40,706 nt of DNA from contig JAYUUO010000112.1 in assembly GCA_043754515.1 (NCBI GenBank), positions 1 through 40,706 of the forward strand, written 5' to 3'. Made by a program: the position numbers and the translations under genes. Below, in pieces: positions 8,792 to 19,193 of the stretch (position 1 is the first letter of the stretch; each line of letters begins with the position of its first letter). The notes beneath the pieces were generated by a model. That model was not told where the DNA came from. It saw only the letters and a list, made by a program, of their open reading frames with translations, and made no database searches. This DNA is from Armatimonadota bacterium. GTDB lineage: Bacteria; Armatimonadota; Armatimonadia; Armatimonadales; Armatimonadaceae.

Positions 8792-11700
8792 CTAATCGCC
8801 CCGACTTGCGGCGGGCGAACCCGGCGCGAACCCCCGCCGCATCACGCTCTCGGTTATCGTCCGGGGCGACAGAAACTGTTGCAGGTAGTCCGGGCCGCCC
8901 GCTTTCGAGCCGACACCGGATAGACGCGCCCCGCCGAACGGCTGGCGGTCCACCATCGCGCCGGTGATTTTGCGGTTGATGTACAGGTTACCGACGCGGA
9001 ACTCGCGCCGCGCCCGCTCGATGTTGCGCGGCGAGCGCGAGTACAAGCCGCCGGTCAGGGCGTAGAGCGTGTTGTCCGCGACCGACAGTGCCTCGTCCAT
9101 ATTCTTCACGCGTAGCACCGCGAGTACCGGCCCGAAGATCTCCTCCTGACACAGATGCCCGTCCGCCGGACAGTCGGCGAACACGAGAGCCGGGACGTAG
9201 TTACCGCGCCCCGCCAGATCTTCCGGCACGGGCTGTTCGGCGAGAAGCCGTCCCTCTCGCGCACCGAGGGCGCGGTACCGCTCGACGCGCTCACGGCTGT
9301 CCGCGTCCACGACCGGGCCGAGCGTGGTGGACGGGTCCTCGGCGGGTCCTATCTTGATGGTCCGCACCGCCTCCGCGAGCCGCTGACAGAACGGCTCATA
9401 AGCAGACCCGATCACCAAAACGCGCGAGCAAGCGGAGCATTTCTGCCCGCCGAAGCCCGTCGCCGACTGGAGTGCGCCAAGCACCGCCTCGTCCAGGTCG
9501 GCGTCCTCATCCACGATAATGGCGTTCTTACCGCCCAGTTCCGCGATCACGCGCTTGATTTCGCGCTGACCGGGCTGCAAACGGGCGGCGGATTCGATGA
9601 TGCCGAGGCCCACCGTTTTGCTCCCCGTGAACGCGATAACGGCGACGCGCGGGTCGTTTACAAGAACGGGACCGACAATCTCGCCGTCGCCGGGCAGGAA
9701 GTTCGCGACGCCCGCCGGGATGCCCGCCGCTTCCAGTGCCTCTTGCAGGAAGTAGCCGACGCGCGTGGACTGCTCGGCGGGCTTGAGAATCACGGGGTTC
9801 CCGGCGACGAGCGCGGCGGCCGCCATCCCGGTCAGGATAGCGAGCGGGAAGTTCCACGGCGCGATAATCACGGCGGGGCCGCGTGCGTCGTAGAAGTATT
9901 CGTTCCACTCGCCGGGGATGTCCCGGCGGCGCGGTGTAGCGATCCGCTCCATCTCGGCGGCATAAAAGCGGCAGAAGTCAATCGCCTCCGCCACGTCGCC
10001 GTCCGCCTCGCGCCAGGGCTTGCCGACCTCGTAGCACATCCACGCGGCGATCTCGAACCGCCGCCGTTGCAGTTCGGTCGCGGTGCGCCGGAGCAGATCA
10101 GAACGCTCTCGTACCGCCACGTCGCGCCACGACGCGAACGCCTTGCTCGCCGCCAACACCGCGCGACCGGCCTGTTCGGCGGTGGCGAAGTGCGTCCGTG
10201 ACGCGACGCGACCCGCCAGGGATGGGTCGAAACGCTCGACTATTTCGCCGGATTGTTCGCGCTTGCCGCCGATCACGATCGGGACTACCTCCGCGCCGAG
10301 TCGCGCCCGGACCGACGCCAGCGCGTCCTGCATAAGCCGCTGGTTCCCTTCTTCGGCGAAATCGGTCTCCGGCTCGTTGTGAAACAGGGTCGTTGTTCGC
10401 TCACTCCCGTTCCCGCTGGAAGGAACGTGGGGCAGCGAATACGCGAAGTCCGCGCCGGAATGGGGAGTGGCAACGTCTTCACTGGATCCGTGCACTGCCG
10501 CCCCTCCTTCCGAAGAGTGCGCGGGAAGACAGCCCGTGTGCGCGGGCGGCGCGAGCAACCGTTCGATGTCATCCCCCTCCGCGCCGTCCCTGACACCGAC
10601 TTTGCGCACGAAGGAATCGTTCGACGTGTTCTCCAGCAAGCGGCGAACGAGGTACGCCATGCCGGGGAGCAGTTCGCCGAACGGGACGTAGACGCGAACG
10701 CGCTCCCCCTGCGCGGCGAGCGCACGCCCGATGGGTTCGCCCATCCCGAACAGAACTTGAAACTCCACCGTGCGCGGCGCGAGTCCGTACGTGGCGGCGA
10801 GTGCTTGAGCACGGGCGGCGGAGCGGACGTTGTGCGTGGCGATGGCAGGGCGTAGTATTTGCCAATTCCGTAAAAGAAAATCGGTGCATCGCTCGAAGCA
10901 GGCGTCGGTGTCCGACTTCGTCTCCCAGACTGGCACCGGGTTCCCGCGTTGTGCCGACAGGATAGTTTCGTAGTCCCAATATGCCCCTTTGACCAGTCGG
11001 ACCGTGACCGGGACGCCGCCCCGGTCGCTACTGACCCAGTCCCGTAGCGCGAGCAGGTCGGCTTCGGCGTCCTGGAGGTAGGCTTGCGCGACGATACCGA
11101 CATCCGCCCAGTCGGCGAACTCCGGCTCGACGAAGATCTCGCGGAAGATGCGCCCGGTGACGCCGCTGAAGTCGTGCTGCTCCATGTCGAAGTTGACGAA
11201 AACGCCCTGCTCGCGGGCGAGACGCAGGATCGGACGTAGCCGCTCCTTTACCGCGTCCGTGGTCGCGTCGCCCGCCATCGGGTCGAAGCGGGCGTAGAGC
11301 GACGACAGTTTCACCGACACGTTGACCTTCGGGATGATGCCCCACGGCGTCCGGTCGGTCTGATCGTCGTCAGCCCACTTCCTCGCGGTGACCGGAAGTT
11401 CGGTCAGCAGATCGGTGTATTTTCTCTGATAGACGAGCGATTCGGCGTCGCTTGTCACCGCCTCGCCGAGCAGGTCGAGCGTGAATGTCAGGTGCCCGCG
11501 CCGGAGCCGTTCCACCGCGCCGGTCGCCTCCTTCGCGTCGCGCCCGGCGATGAACCGCTTCGCCATCCCCTGTGCGCCGATCTTCGCCGACAGCGCGAGT
11601 GCCTTGCGCGACAGGGGCAGGGCACCAGCGGCTTTGAGCAGTGTGTCGAAGCCGGGCGGTAGCACGACGCCAGGTTGCAGGAGATACTCTTCCAGATGCC

Positions 11701-11938
11701 GCGCCACCGACTCGTCGGATTTGAGGGCGGGCAGGGCGTCCACGAACCGGAACAACTCGACCTTGAGTTTCTCGTCGGCGGTGGTCAGAGCCATCAGCGC
11801 GTCGTAAAACGCGTCGGTCGGGGAGGCGATCTTTTTCTCCTCGCGGCGCAGGTCGGCGAGCAGTGTTCGGCCCTTTTGCCGGGTGAGTGCTTCGACGGAC
11901 TCGGGGCTTGCGAGGGTGACGGCGGCGGTGTGTGACAT
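8792..11938 (-). CDS. putA: Bifunctional proline dehydrogenase / L-glutamate-semialdehyde dehydrogenase
   Basis: [82 protein letters not shown]. Confidence 0.97.
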   Translation of the reverse strand: MSHTAAVTLASPESVEALTRQKGRTLLADLRREEKKIASPTDAFYDALMALTTADEKLKVELFRFVDALPALKSDESVARHLEEYLLQPGVVLPPGFDTLLKAAGALPLSRKALALSAKIGAQGMAKRFIAGRDAKEATGAVERLRRGHLTFTLDLLGEAVTSDAESLVYQRKYTDLLTELPVTARKWADDDQTDRTPWGIIPKVNVSVKLSSLYARFDPMAGDATTDAVKERLRPILRLAREQGVFVNFDMEQHDFSGVTGRIFREIFVEPEFADWADVGIVAQAYLQDAEADLLALRDWVSSDRGGVPVTVRLVKGAYWDYETILSAQRGNPVPVWETKSDTDACFERCTDFLLRNWQILRPAIATHNVRSAARAQALAATYGLAPRTVEFQVLFGMGEPIGRALAAQGERVRVYVPFGELLPGMAYLVRRLLENTSNDSFVRKVGVRDGAEGDDIERLLAPPAHTGCLPAHSSEGGAAVHGSSEDVATPHSGADFAYSLPHVPSSGNGSERTTTLFHNEPETDFAEEGNQRLMQDALASVRARLGAEVVPIVIGGKREQSGEIVERFDPSLAGRVASRTHFATAEQAGRAVLAASKAFASWRDVAVRERSDLLRRTATELQRRRFEIAAWMCYEVGKPWREADGDVAEAIDFCRFYAAEMERIATPRRRDIPGEWNEYFYDARGPAVIIAPWNFPLAILTGMAAAALVAGNPVILKPAEQSTRVGYFLQEALEAAGIPAGVANFLPGDGEIVGPVLVNDPRVAVIAFTGSKTVGLGIIESAARLQPGQREIKRVIAELGGKNAIIVDEDADLDEAVLGALQSATGFGGQKCSACSRVLVIGSAYEPFCQRLAEAVRTIKIGPAEDPSTTLGPVVDADSRERVERYRALGAREGRLLAEQPVPEDLAGRGNYVPALVFADCPADGHLCQEEIFGPVLAVLRVKNMDEALSVADNTLYALTGGLYSRSPRNIERARREFRVGNLYINRKITGAMVDRQPFGGARLSGVGSKAGGPDYLQQFLSPRTITESVMRRGFAPGSPAASRGD

Positions 11939-12149
11939 GTGCTATTGTATCGCCTGGCGGGGTTTGCACTTGATCGGCGTGTGGTCGAGGGGCGGGTGTA
12001 GCGGAGAACGTCGTTCCTCCGGTGTAAGGCTTTCGGCTTGGTGTTTCTTCGGAACCGGGGATCGGACGGGTGGGGAGCGGACACGTCCCGCACCCCTCGC
12101 TGGACAAGCGGCGGAACTATGATGCAATCGCCCTACGTGCAATGGCGAG

Positions 12150-12580
12150 ACGAGCGAGTAGTTCGCGGCGACACTCGTCACGCGCATAACGGCCATCCGC
12201 CTACGCAAGCCGTCCGCGCCGTAGTGGAAGTCGCAGGTCTTGCCCGCCTTGATCAGCGACACCAGCCGGTTCTGGCTGTCCCACGCGTTTGCCCGGTCGC
12301 CATCGGTCAGCGTGTACAAGAAAATCGGCCCAGCCGATTTCTCTGAGCCGTCCGCGTCGCTCGTGTAGGATTGTACCGCGCTCGCGCCGACCTGCCGCGC
12401 CGCTTCGGCAGAAACGAGTTTTCGCCTGTTCCTGTTGGCGTTATCGAAGGCGTACGACTCGCTCCCCGTCCCGTTGTCTGTCTTCGCCAGGCGGTTGCCC
12501 ATCGCGTCGAAGCCGTACGTCTGAACCTCGCCGTCGCCGTAGTTGGCTGTCTTCAGCCGGCTCAGTTCGTCGTACGCGTA
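12150..12580 (-). pseudogene. Orphan Rhs core fragment (copy 3)
   Basis: Similar to about 15095-15440 of the main Rhs (YDELSRLKTANYGDGEVQTYGFDAMGNRLAKTDN...YGADGLRRRM); carries two hairpin insertions and an internal deletion; no toxin domain. Confidence 0.85.
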
Positions 12581-12598
12581 AGTTTTTACTAGCGCCGC

Positions 12599-13252
12599 TT
12601 ATACGATCTCACGGCTTCGATTGACTGAACCCCACATTTTTTCTTGAACAGAGCGGTCTATATCTATCATCATATTCCGACCGTTGGTTGCTCTTGATGC
12701 TTTGCGGTACAGCTCTAGGGACAAGGAGTGGTTTCGTTCCGCCGCTTCTACATCCCCTAGTAGTAACAGTCGTTGCACATATGGCATTAGAAAAGCTATG
12801 CCGTGATCGGCGTGTGATTCCAAGATGGGTGAATGATAGTTACAGAGGTAACGGCACTCTGAGTTCCTACCCTGCTTGAAATATACCCGCGCGACATCAT
12901 TGGTCATCGCGAAATAATTAGAGTCTTCCGTGTCCTCCCCCAGCAACCTCAGAGCGTTCTCATAAGAGGTTAAGGATGAGATGAACTCGCCTGTCAAAAA
13001 CAATAAGTCTCCGAAGAGACTGTGCGCGAAAGGGTCGCTGGGATCAAGATCTAACTTGATTTTCGCATAACGTAGCCCGATATCCGAATCTCCCTCAACA
13101 ACACAACACGATAACAGGGTGTCGAGAGCGAGAAATGTATTCGGGGTCGTAGGAGACGACAGCAAATCGTCCACCACCCTGCGTAAGGCTGGCACATCCC
13201 ACGCCCTACGTAACACTCCTAAATGTTCAACCAGTCGATTTTTATTAAGCAT
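12599..13252 (-). CDS. TPR-like putative Rhs immunity protein (orphan)
   Basis: Lower-GC ORF MLNKNRLVEH... with TPR-like LDPSDPFAHSLFGDLLFLTGEF and ARVYFKQG; lies directly after an Rhs fragment and overlaps its stop. Confidence 0.6.
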   Translation of the reverse strand: MLNKNRLVEHLGVLRRAWDVPALRRVVDDLLSSPTTPNTFLALDTLLSCCVVEGDSDIGLRYAKIKLDLDPSDPFAHSLFGDLLFLTGEFISSLTSYENALRLLGEDTEDSNYFAMTNDVARVYFKQGRNSECRYLCNYHSPILESHADHGIAFLMPYVQRLLLLGDVEAAERNHSLSLELYRKASRATNGRNMMIDIDRSVQEKMWGSVNRSREIV

Positions 13253-13748
13253 GATTGTATTCGTATGATATGCGTCGGTTGTTATTGGAGCAGGGCGTGG
13301 GCACTGGCCCCGACGGACCAATGAGGTAGGTCGCGGCGACGCTCATCACGTGGGTCAGCGGGTCCTCGCTCCACTCCCAGACGGCGTTCGTGCCGTCGTA
13401 GTCGTAGTGCGTGATCGTGCTCGGCGCGGTCCGGCCGCTGTTCGTTACCGCCATGCGCCGCCGCAATCCGTCCGCGTCGTAGCGGAAGTCGCTCGTGTTC
13501 GGGTTCGTTCCCGTGGTCGTGCAACTCGCCAGGCGTTCTGGCTGTTCCAGACGCTCGTGTGCTTGCCGTCCGTCAGCGTGTTGCCATTGGTATCACTCGC
13601 GTAGTTCTGCGCCATTGATGTACCGACCTGCCGCGTCGCTTCGGCAGAAACGCGTTCCCGCCTGTTCCGGTTCGCGTTGTCGAAGGCGTATGACTTGCTC
13701 CCTGTCACGTTATCGGTCTTCGCAAGGCGGTTGCCCATCGCGTCGAAG
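13245..13748 (-). pseudogene. Orphan Rhs core fragment (copy 2) fused to a short unrelated tail
   Basis: Similar to about 14958-15376 of the main Rhs; 1-bp deletion near 13535; homology ends at YLIGPSGP, then VPTPCSNNNRRISYEYNHA*. Confidence 0.85.
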
Positions 13749-13817
13749 GCCTGAGACCGTCGTTCAGCTAAGCGAACAGTTTGGGCTCGGTTATCACAAT
13801 GCGGTCTTGTTGCCAAC

Positions 13818-14222
13818 CTATCCGATGATGCTTGCAACTATCATCTCTTCTATGTCTTTATAGGAATGCCTTCGCGCCCAGTCTAAGGCAGTCAACCCAT
13901 GCCTATCGGTTACGCTTGTATCCACTCCTTTCTTTAATAACATCTCTACTATTTGAGTGCTGTGTCCTAAGACGGCGAATATGAGCACCGATGATCCATT
14001 ATCAGCCCGCTGGTTCACGTCCGCGCCGCTTTGGATCAGCAATCTCACTACCTCGGGATTCGCAAACAGTGCGGCAACCATTAGAGGTGTTTGTCCTCGA
14101 CCACCCTTTACATCTACGGGTAGCCCGTCTGTTATTGCCGTACGCACCCCCTGCGCATCCCCGATTCGTGCGTCAGTGAGTACTCTTTCATGTTTTGCGG
14201 AGAGCATCCTGTGTCTTGCCAC
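13818..14222 (-). CDS. Ankyrin-repeat protein, probable cognate immunity protein of the Rhs toxin
   Basis: GQTPLMVAA, VVRLLIQSGADVN, GSSVLIFAV, GLTALDWA; begins 1 nt after the toxin stop. Confidence 0.85.
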   Translation of the reverse strand: MARHRMLSAKHERVLTDARIGDAQGVRTAITDGLPVDVKGGRGQTPLMVAALFANPEVVRLLIQSGADVNQRADNGSSVLIFAVLGHSTQIVEMLLKKGVDTSVTDRHGLTALDWARRHSYKDIEEMIVASIIG

Positions 14223-14223
14223 C

Positions 14224-17200
14224 TTACATCGCGGAGCTTATGTATGGCACCGCATGCTCGAAGAGTTCGCCCGGTTCGGCGACAGCATAAAAGTCATATA
14301 TTGCCAGTTGTTGGTTGGATCTCACCCACGCCTTCAGGAACTGCTTCCCTGCACCACCAGCGACTTCTTTGGCATAATAGCCCCAGTTGCCATGGCCAAT
14401 CCCCATCTCCCCCTCTAGCTGTCTTACACCAAAGGCGGCATCTTCGTTCAGCACTCCAGCCATATCCTTGACGTCTTTGAGTAGTTGTAACTCCATGTCG
14501 GCCGCTATGCCATCCATCGTTTCCGATATACTCATCGACCCGAGCGTGCCGACTAGTTCCTCCTCTTTGCCTGAACTGTCCCCCATGTTTGTGGGGTTGT
14601 TATCACAGTAGACGAACCAATTTCGCCCTTGCAATTTCGGGTCTTCGCTGACGAACATACCTAACGAGGGGTCGTAGTATCGCGCCCGCATGTAGACGAG
14701 GCTGGTCTCGTCGTCTGCGTAGTGTCCCAAGCCGCCGACGAAGCCGTGGCGCGACAGGGCGGCGCCGACGTTCCCCCGGCTGATCCCGTACACGTCCGTC
14801 TTCTTCTGGCACATCAGCACCCCGTTCACGTCCACCTCGCCGACCACGGAGCCGAGGCCGTCGTGCACGTACCCGTTCGCACACTTGCGAACCAGCGCAC
14901 GTCGGCGGCGTTCGTCGGTCGCTTCGACGAAAACTGCGTTTTGTCTGCGTACATCGGGCCGGACGGGCCGAGCAGGTACGTCGCCGCTATCGTCCTGACC
15001 TGCGTGAGCGGGTCCTCGGCCCACTCGCGCACCGCGCTTGTGCCGTCGTAGCCGTAGTGCGTGATCGTATTCGGCGCGGCCTGACCCGCGTTCGTGACGC
15101 TCATCTTGCGCCGCAGCCCGTCCGCGCCGTAGGCGAACGTGCTGGTGTTCGCGTTCGTCCCCGTCGTCGCGCAACTCGCCAAAAGGTTCTGCGAGTCCCA
15201 GGCGTTCGTGTGCTTGCCGTCGGTGAGCGTGTTGCCGTCCGCGTCCGACGTGTAGGATTGTACCGCGCTCGCGCCGACCTGCCGCGTGGCGATCCGGTTC
15301 GCGTTGTCGAACGTATAGCCTTCGCTCCCTGTCACGTTATCGGTCTTCGCAAGGCGGTTGCCCATCGCGTCGAAGCCGTACGTCTGAACCTCGCCGTCGC
15401 CGTAGTTGGCCGTCTTTAACCGGCTCAGTTCGTCATACGTGTAGTTCTCTGTCCGGCTCGCGAGCGCGCCGCCCGCGCCCGGTTGCGTGATCGTGTTGCT
15501 TATACGCTGACCGACCACGCTATAAGCATAGTCGTTCTGGTTCAGCAGGCTACTCTGCGGGTTGGTCGTCTGTTGAGATTTCCATGTCGTTGACGTCCGA
15601 ATCAGCCAATCGTGCGTATCCTGAGCGGACGAGCCATTCTCGGTGACCGTGTATCGGTCATAGACGTAGTCGTTCTGCAGATACTGCACGAGTGCCCCGC
15701 CCGCGTTGAACGCTATGTTATGCCGGACCCGGAGCAGCCGGCCGAACCCGTCCGTGGTCACGAGTACCACCCGGCCCTGATCGTCGGTGATTTTGGACAA
15801 CACCCGACTTACCTTGTCGGCTTCCTGACCACTGCCAGGGTATTGCACCACCGACGGCTTGTACTCGTAGAGCAACGTGCCGCCGCCGGGCAACGTCAGC
15901 GAAGCCCGCTCCCCGGAAACGCCGTATGTATAACTCGTGGTACCGGTAACGGGATCCGTCACCCCCGCTACCCGATCCGCCTGCGGCTCGTAAGCCATGC
16001 CCGTCGTGCCGCGCCCGTCCGTCACTGACTCCGTACGCCCGTTCGCCCCGTAGACATACGACACCGTCTCGGCGGGCGTGTTCCCCTTCGCCGGGAAGCT
16101 AGCCGCCGTCGGCTGCCCGAGCTTGTTGTAGGAGAACGTGCTCGTCTGCCCGTTCGGGTCCGTGCTAGCCGTCACCCGCCCAACCCCGTCGTAGACCATG
16201 CTTGTCACGCGGTTCAGCCCGCCCGGGTCCTGCGCCACCTGCGTCAGGTTGCCGTAGCTATCCCCATACGTGTAGTTCGTCACCACGCCGTTCAGGTTCG
16301 TCTCGCTTGCCTTCTGCCCGGACGGGTAGTAGGTGTACGTGAACTGCTTGTTGTAACTCGGGCTACCGGACACGTCGTAGCCCGCGTCGCGCACCCACGC
16401 CACGTTGCCCCGGCTCCCGAGGCTCGCGACCGCGCCGTTCTGGTTCAGCCATGTCCACGCGCCCGGATCCGGCGACGCCGGGGCACCGCTCCCATCGCTG
16501 TACCCGAGGAATCGCACGCGGGCGGTGGTCGCGGCGTTGCTGCCGTTGCCGACCGAGATTGCGGCGCGGTCCGGGCGGGTCGGGAAGCCGAATGAGGCCG
16601 CAGTGCCGGCCGCGATCACGACCCAATTAACACCGTCGAAGGAGTAGTCGAAGCCTACCGACGCGGTGCTCCAGCGCGCCCGCAAATACCAGGTGTCCTG
16701 CGCGGCGAACTGGGCTGAGTTCCAGTAGCTGTCGCTCCCGCTCGCCTGCGCCACCCCGCCCCCCACACAGTCGCCCCAGGTGACGATCTGCATGTACCCG
16801 TTGCCGTCTATGCAACAGTTGAGCATGTGGTTCCCCCCGCTGACGAGCCAGCCGAACGCGACCCGGTTGAAGGCGGACCCGGTGAACTCCGGCCTGCCGA
16901 CCTTCCAGACGGCGGTGAGCGCGTCGCCGGAAGGGTTGACGGGCGTTGTGTAGTGCGAGTCGGTGCCGGACGGGGTGGTCACGCTGGAGAACAGCGCGAT
17001 CTCGTTGCCGAAATAGTCGAAGCGCGTCGTGCGCCCGAGCGCATCGGTCACGCTCGCCTTTTGGAAATACTTCGAGGCGTTATAGTAGGTGTATGTAGTG
17101 CTGTTAGTGTTATCTTGTCCCTGGAACCACTCTTTCAGCACGTTGCCGTGCGGGCCGAAGGTGCGCAGGGTTTGCAGCCCCGCCACGCTCTGGATGCCGT

Positions 17201-18785
17201 CGTACGATCCGGTGGAAAGTTTGAGCGACTTGTAGCAGTTGTTGGTGTAGTCCTCGTAGTAGTTCCAGACGAAGTCAGGTTGTGACCCCTGATTCGCGAG
17301 ATATTGCAGGGAATTGATGCGTCCTGACGGGTCGGAATAGGGGTAGACAGTCAACCCGGCATTGCTCGTGAATTGGAACGAGCCGTAGGAGACGGCGGTG
17401 ACGGTCCAGATGTGGGGCGTCGCCGCCGTACCGGGCTCGGTTATCTTGTTGACCCATAGCGTCGTCGTGCGGCTGTTGGGGACATAGGGAGGGACTGAGG
17501 AGTAGGGGATAAGCCCGTATTCGTAGGCCACCGCCCGGCCCAATGGATCTGTTATGGACGCCAGTAGACCTGTTTCGCCCTGGCATGTCGTGTAGGCGTA
17601 GGTCGTCACGCGGTCCATCCCGCCGCTGTCCAGGTGCACCTTCCACAGGCTCAGGTACGAACTCGCGTCCGACGCGTTCGTGTAGTACTCGTATGTCACC
17701 GCGTACAGCGGGCTTTGCACCGTCATGATCCGCCACGCCGGCGCCGCCGCCGTGCCCAGGTTCTGCCACGTGAACGTGAGGAACCGCCCCGTCGGGTCCG
17801 TCACCTTCGTCAGCAGGTTCTTTAGCGACCCATCCGGCAATGTAATCGGCAGCCCGTATGTCAGCACCGTGCGGTTGCCATACCGGTCCTCAATGTAGTC
17901 ACAGACCCGCGTCTTGCTCGCCCGACCGCCCGCGTCCGTCCCCTCCGGCACGAAGTGCTTCACCGTGCCGTCCATACCTCGCTCCGAGTCCTCAAGCGAC
18001 CGCTGAACCCCGTCGGCGAGCGACGCGTCGTAACGGCTGTCGGTCTCGTCGTACAGGTACGCCGGCGGCGTGTACAGCCCGTCCGCGTCGCGGGCGTACT
18101 TGTGCCGCCCCCCGAAGAAGTCCACGCGCGGCACCACGTCATGGGTGAGTTGCGCCCCGTTCGAGTCGGTGTCGGTCACCGTGCCCGCCTCCTCCATACG
18201 GATGTCGTAGGCGTGCGTCCAGCCTGTCCCGAACGGCCCGGACCGGTCGTCGTTGGAGTTGTACGTGCGCTGGAGCACCAGGCCCGCCCCGCGCCCCGGC
18301 GCGACCTGCACGTCGGTGAACGACTTGAACAGGTTGCCGTTGCACACGTTCACGTCACGCAGCGAGCGGTGCCACGGCATCGGGCTGCCCGCGAAATACG
18401 CGTTGCGGTAGGGACCCCGCCCCCGGATGTGTCCCATCTCCGCCACGCTCAGCGGCTCCACGTCGGCCGTCGGCTTGTGCGCCGCCTCGCGCTCCCTCTT
18501 CTCCCGTGCCTCGATCTTCTTGAGCAGAGCGGCGTCCGGCGTCTGCGTCAGCCCCTTCGCGGCGAGTTGCGATACCGGCGTGTAGGAGCGGGGGCGGGCG
18601 AACACGGCGCGCGGGAAGAATAGCCACGCCGTGAACAGCACCGTGACCCACGCGGTGGCGCGGATCAGCCCGATATTCTTGCGCCCGTCGAAGGACACGG
18701 CACACCCGCCGAAAAACACGCCCGAGTTACTTTGAAACAACATCGCTTTGTCCTCCCCGTATGTCCGAACTATTCCGTCTGTCAA
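14224..18785 (-). pseudogene. Rhs/YD-repeat polymorphic toxin, frameshifted by a 20-bp insertion just before the Rhs core
   Basis: Signal-like N terminus, DUF6531-type VNVCNGNL...RTYNS...GPFGTGWTH, YD repeats. The core YMRARYYDPSLGMFVSEDP...NNPTNMGDSSG and 114-aa tip (14224-14568) are in another frame. Removing 14874-14893 restores VRWYVHDGLGSV. Confidence 0.9.
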
Positions 18786-18886
18786 GACCGCCCCTGATGT
18801 CCAGACCGATCACCGCCACGCCGCTACCAGTTCCGCCGAACATCTGTCGCCACCGCGCCCAGGTGAAGGAGCGAGTCTGTTGTCGT

Positions 18887-19020
18887 GCCCTCTCCGGCCC
18901 TCTCCCCCCAACCCCCTCTCCCTCCGAAGGGAGAGGGGGAGTGTTCGCGCCCACCGACAACCGCGAATGGACTCCCCCTCTCCCTTCGGAGGGAGAGGGG
19001 GTTGGGGGGAGGGAGAGGGC
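18887..19020. repeat. REP/REPIN-like CCCTCTCCC-GGGAGAGGG palindromic element
   Basis: Perfect 40-bp inverted arms at 18903-18942 and 18971-19010, each itself a hairpin (CCCCCTCTCCCT-CCGA-AGGGAGAGGGGG). Confidence 0.85.
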
Positions 19021-19118
19021 GCGAGGAGAATACCGGGCCTACCGGAGCCTTCGCCGCGAATCCGCCGTACCCGCCCGCCTGATATGCCAGCCGGCCCCGC
19101 GCCACGACCCGACAAACG

Positions 19119-19156
19119 CGCAAGCCCCGCCGGATACGTATCCGGCGGGGCTTGCG
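19119..19156. terminator. Perfect 38-bp palindrome downstream of the DUF1559 gene (probable terminator)
   Basis: CGCAAGCCCCGCCGGATACGTATCCGGCGGGGCTTGCG is its own reverse complement; no strong U tract. Confidence 0.55.
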
Positions 19157-19193
19157 GCGATCAAACGGCACTATCAACCGATCCGGTTACGGA

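Noticed and set aside
12150..15440. Diversity-generating retroelement TR/VR pair
   Set aside because: Differences among Rhs copies are not adenine-specific and no reverse transcriptase is in the window
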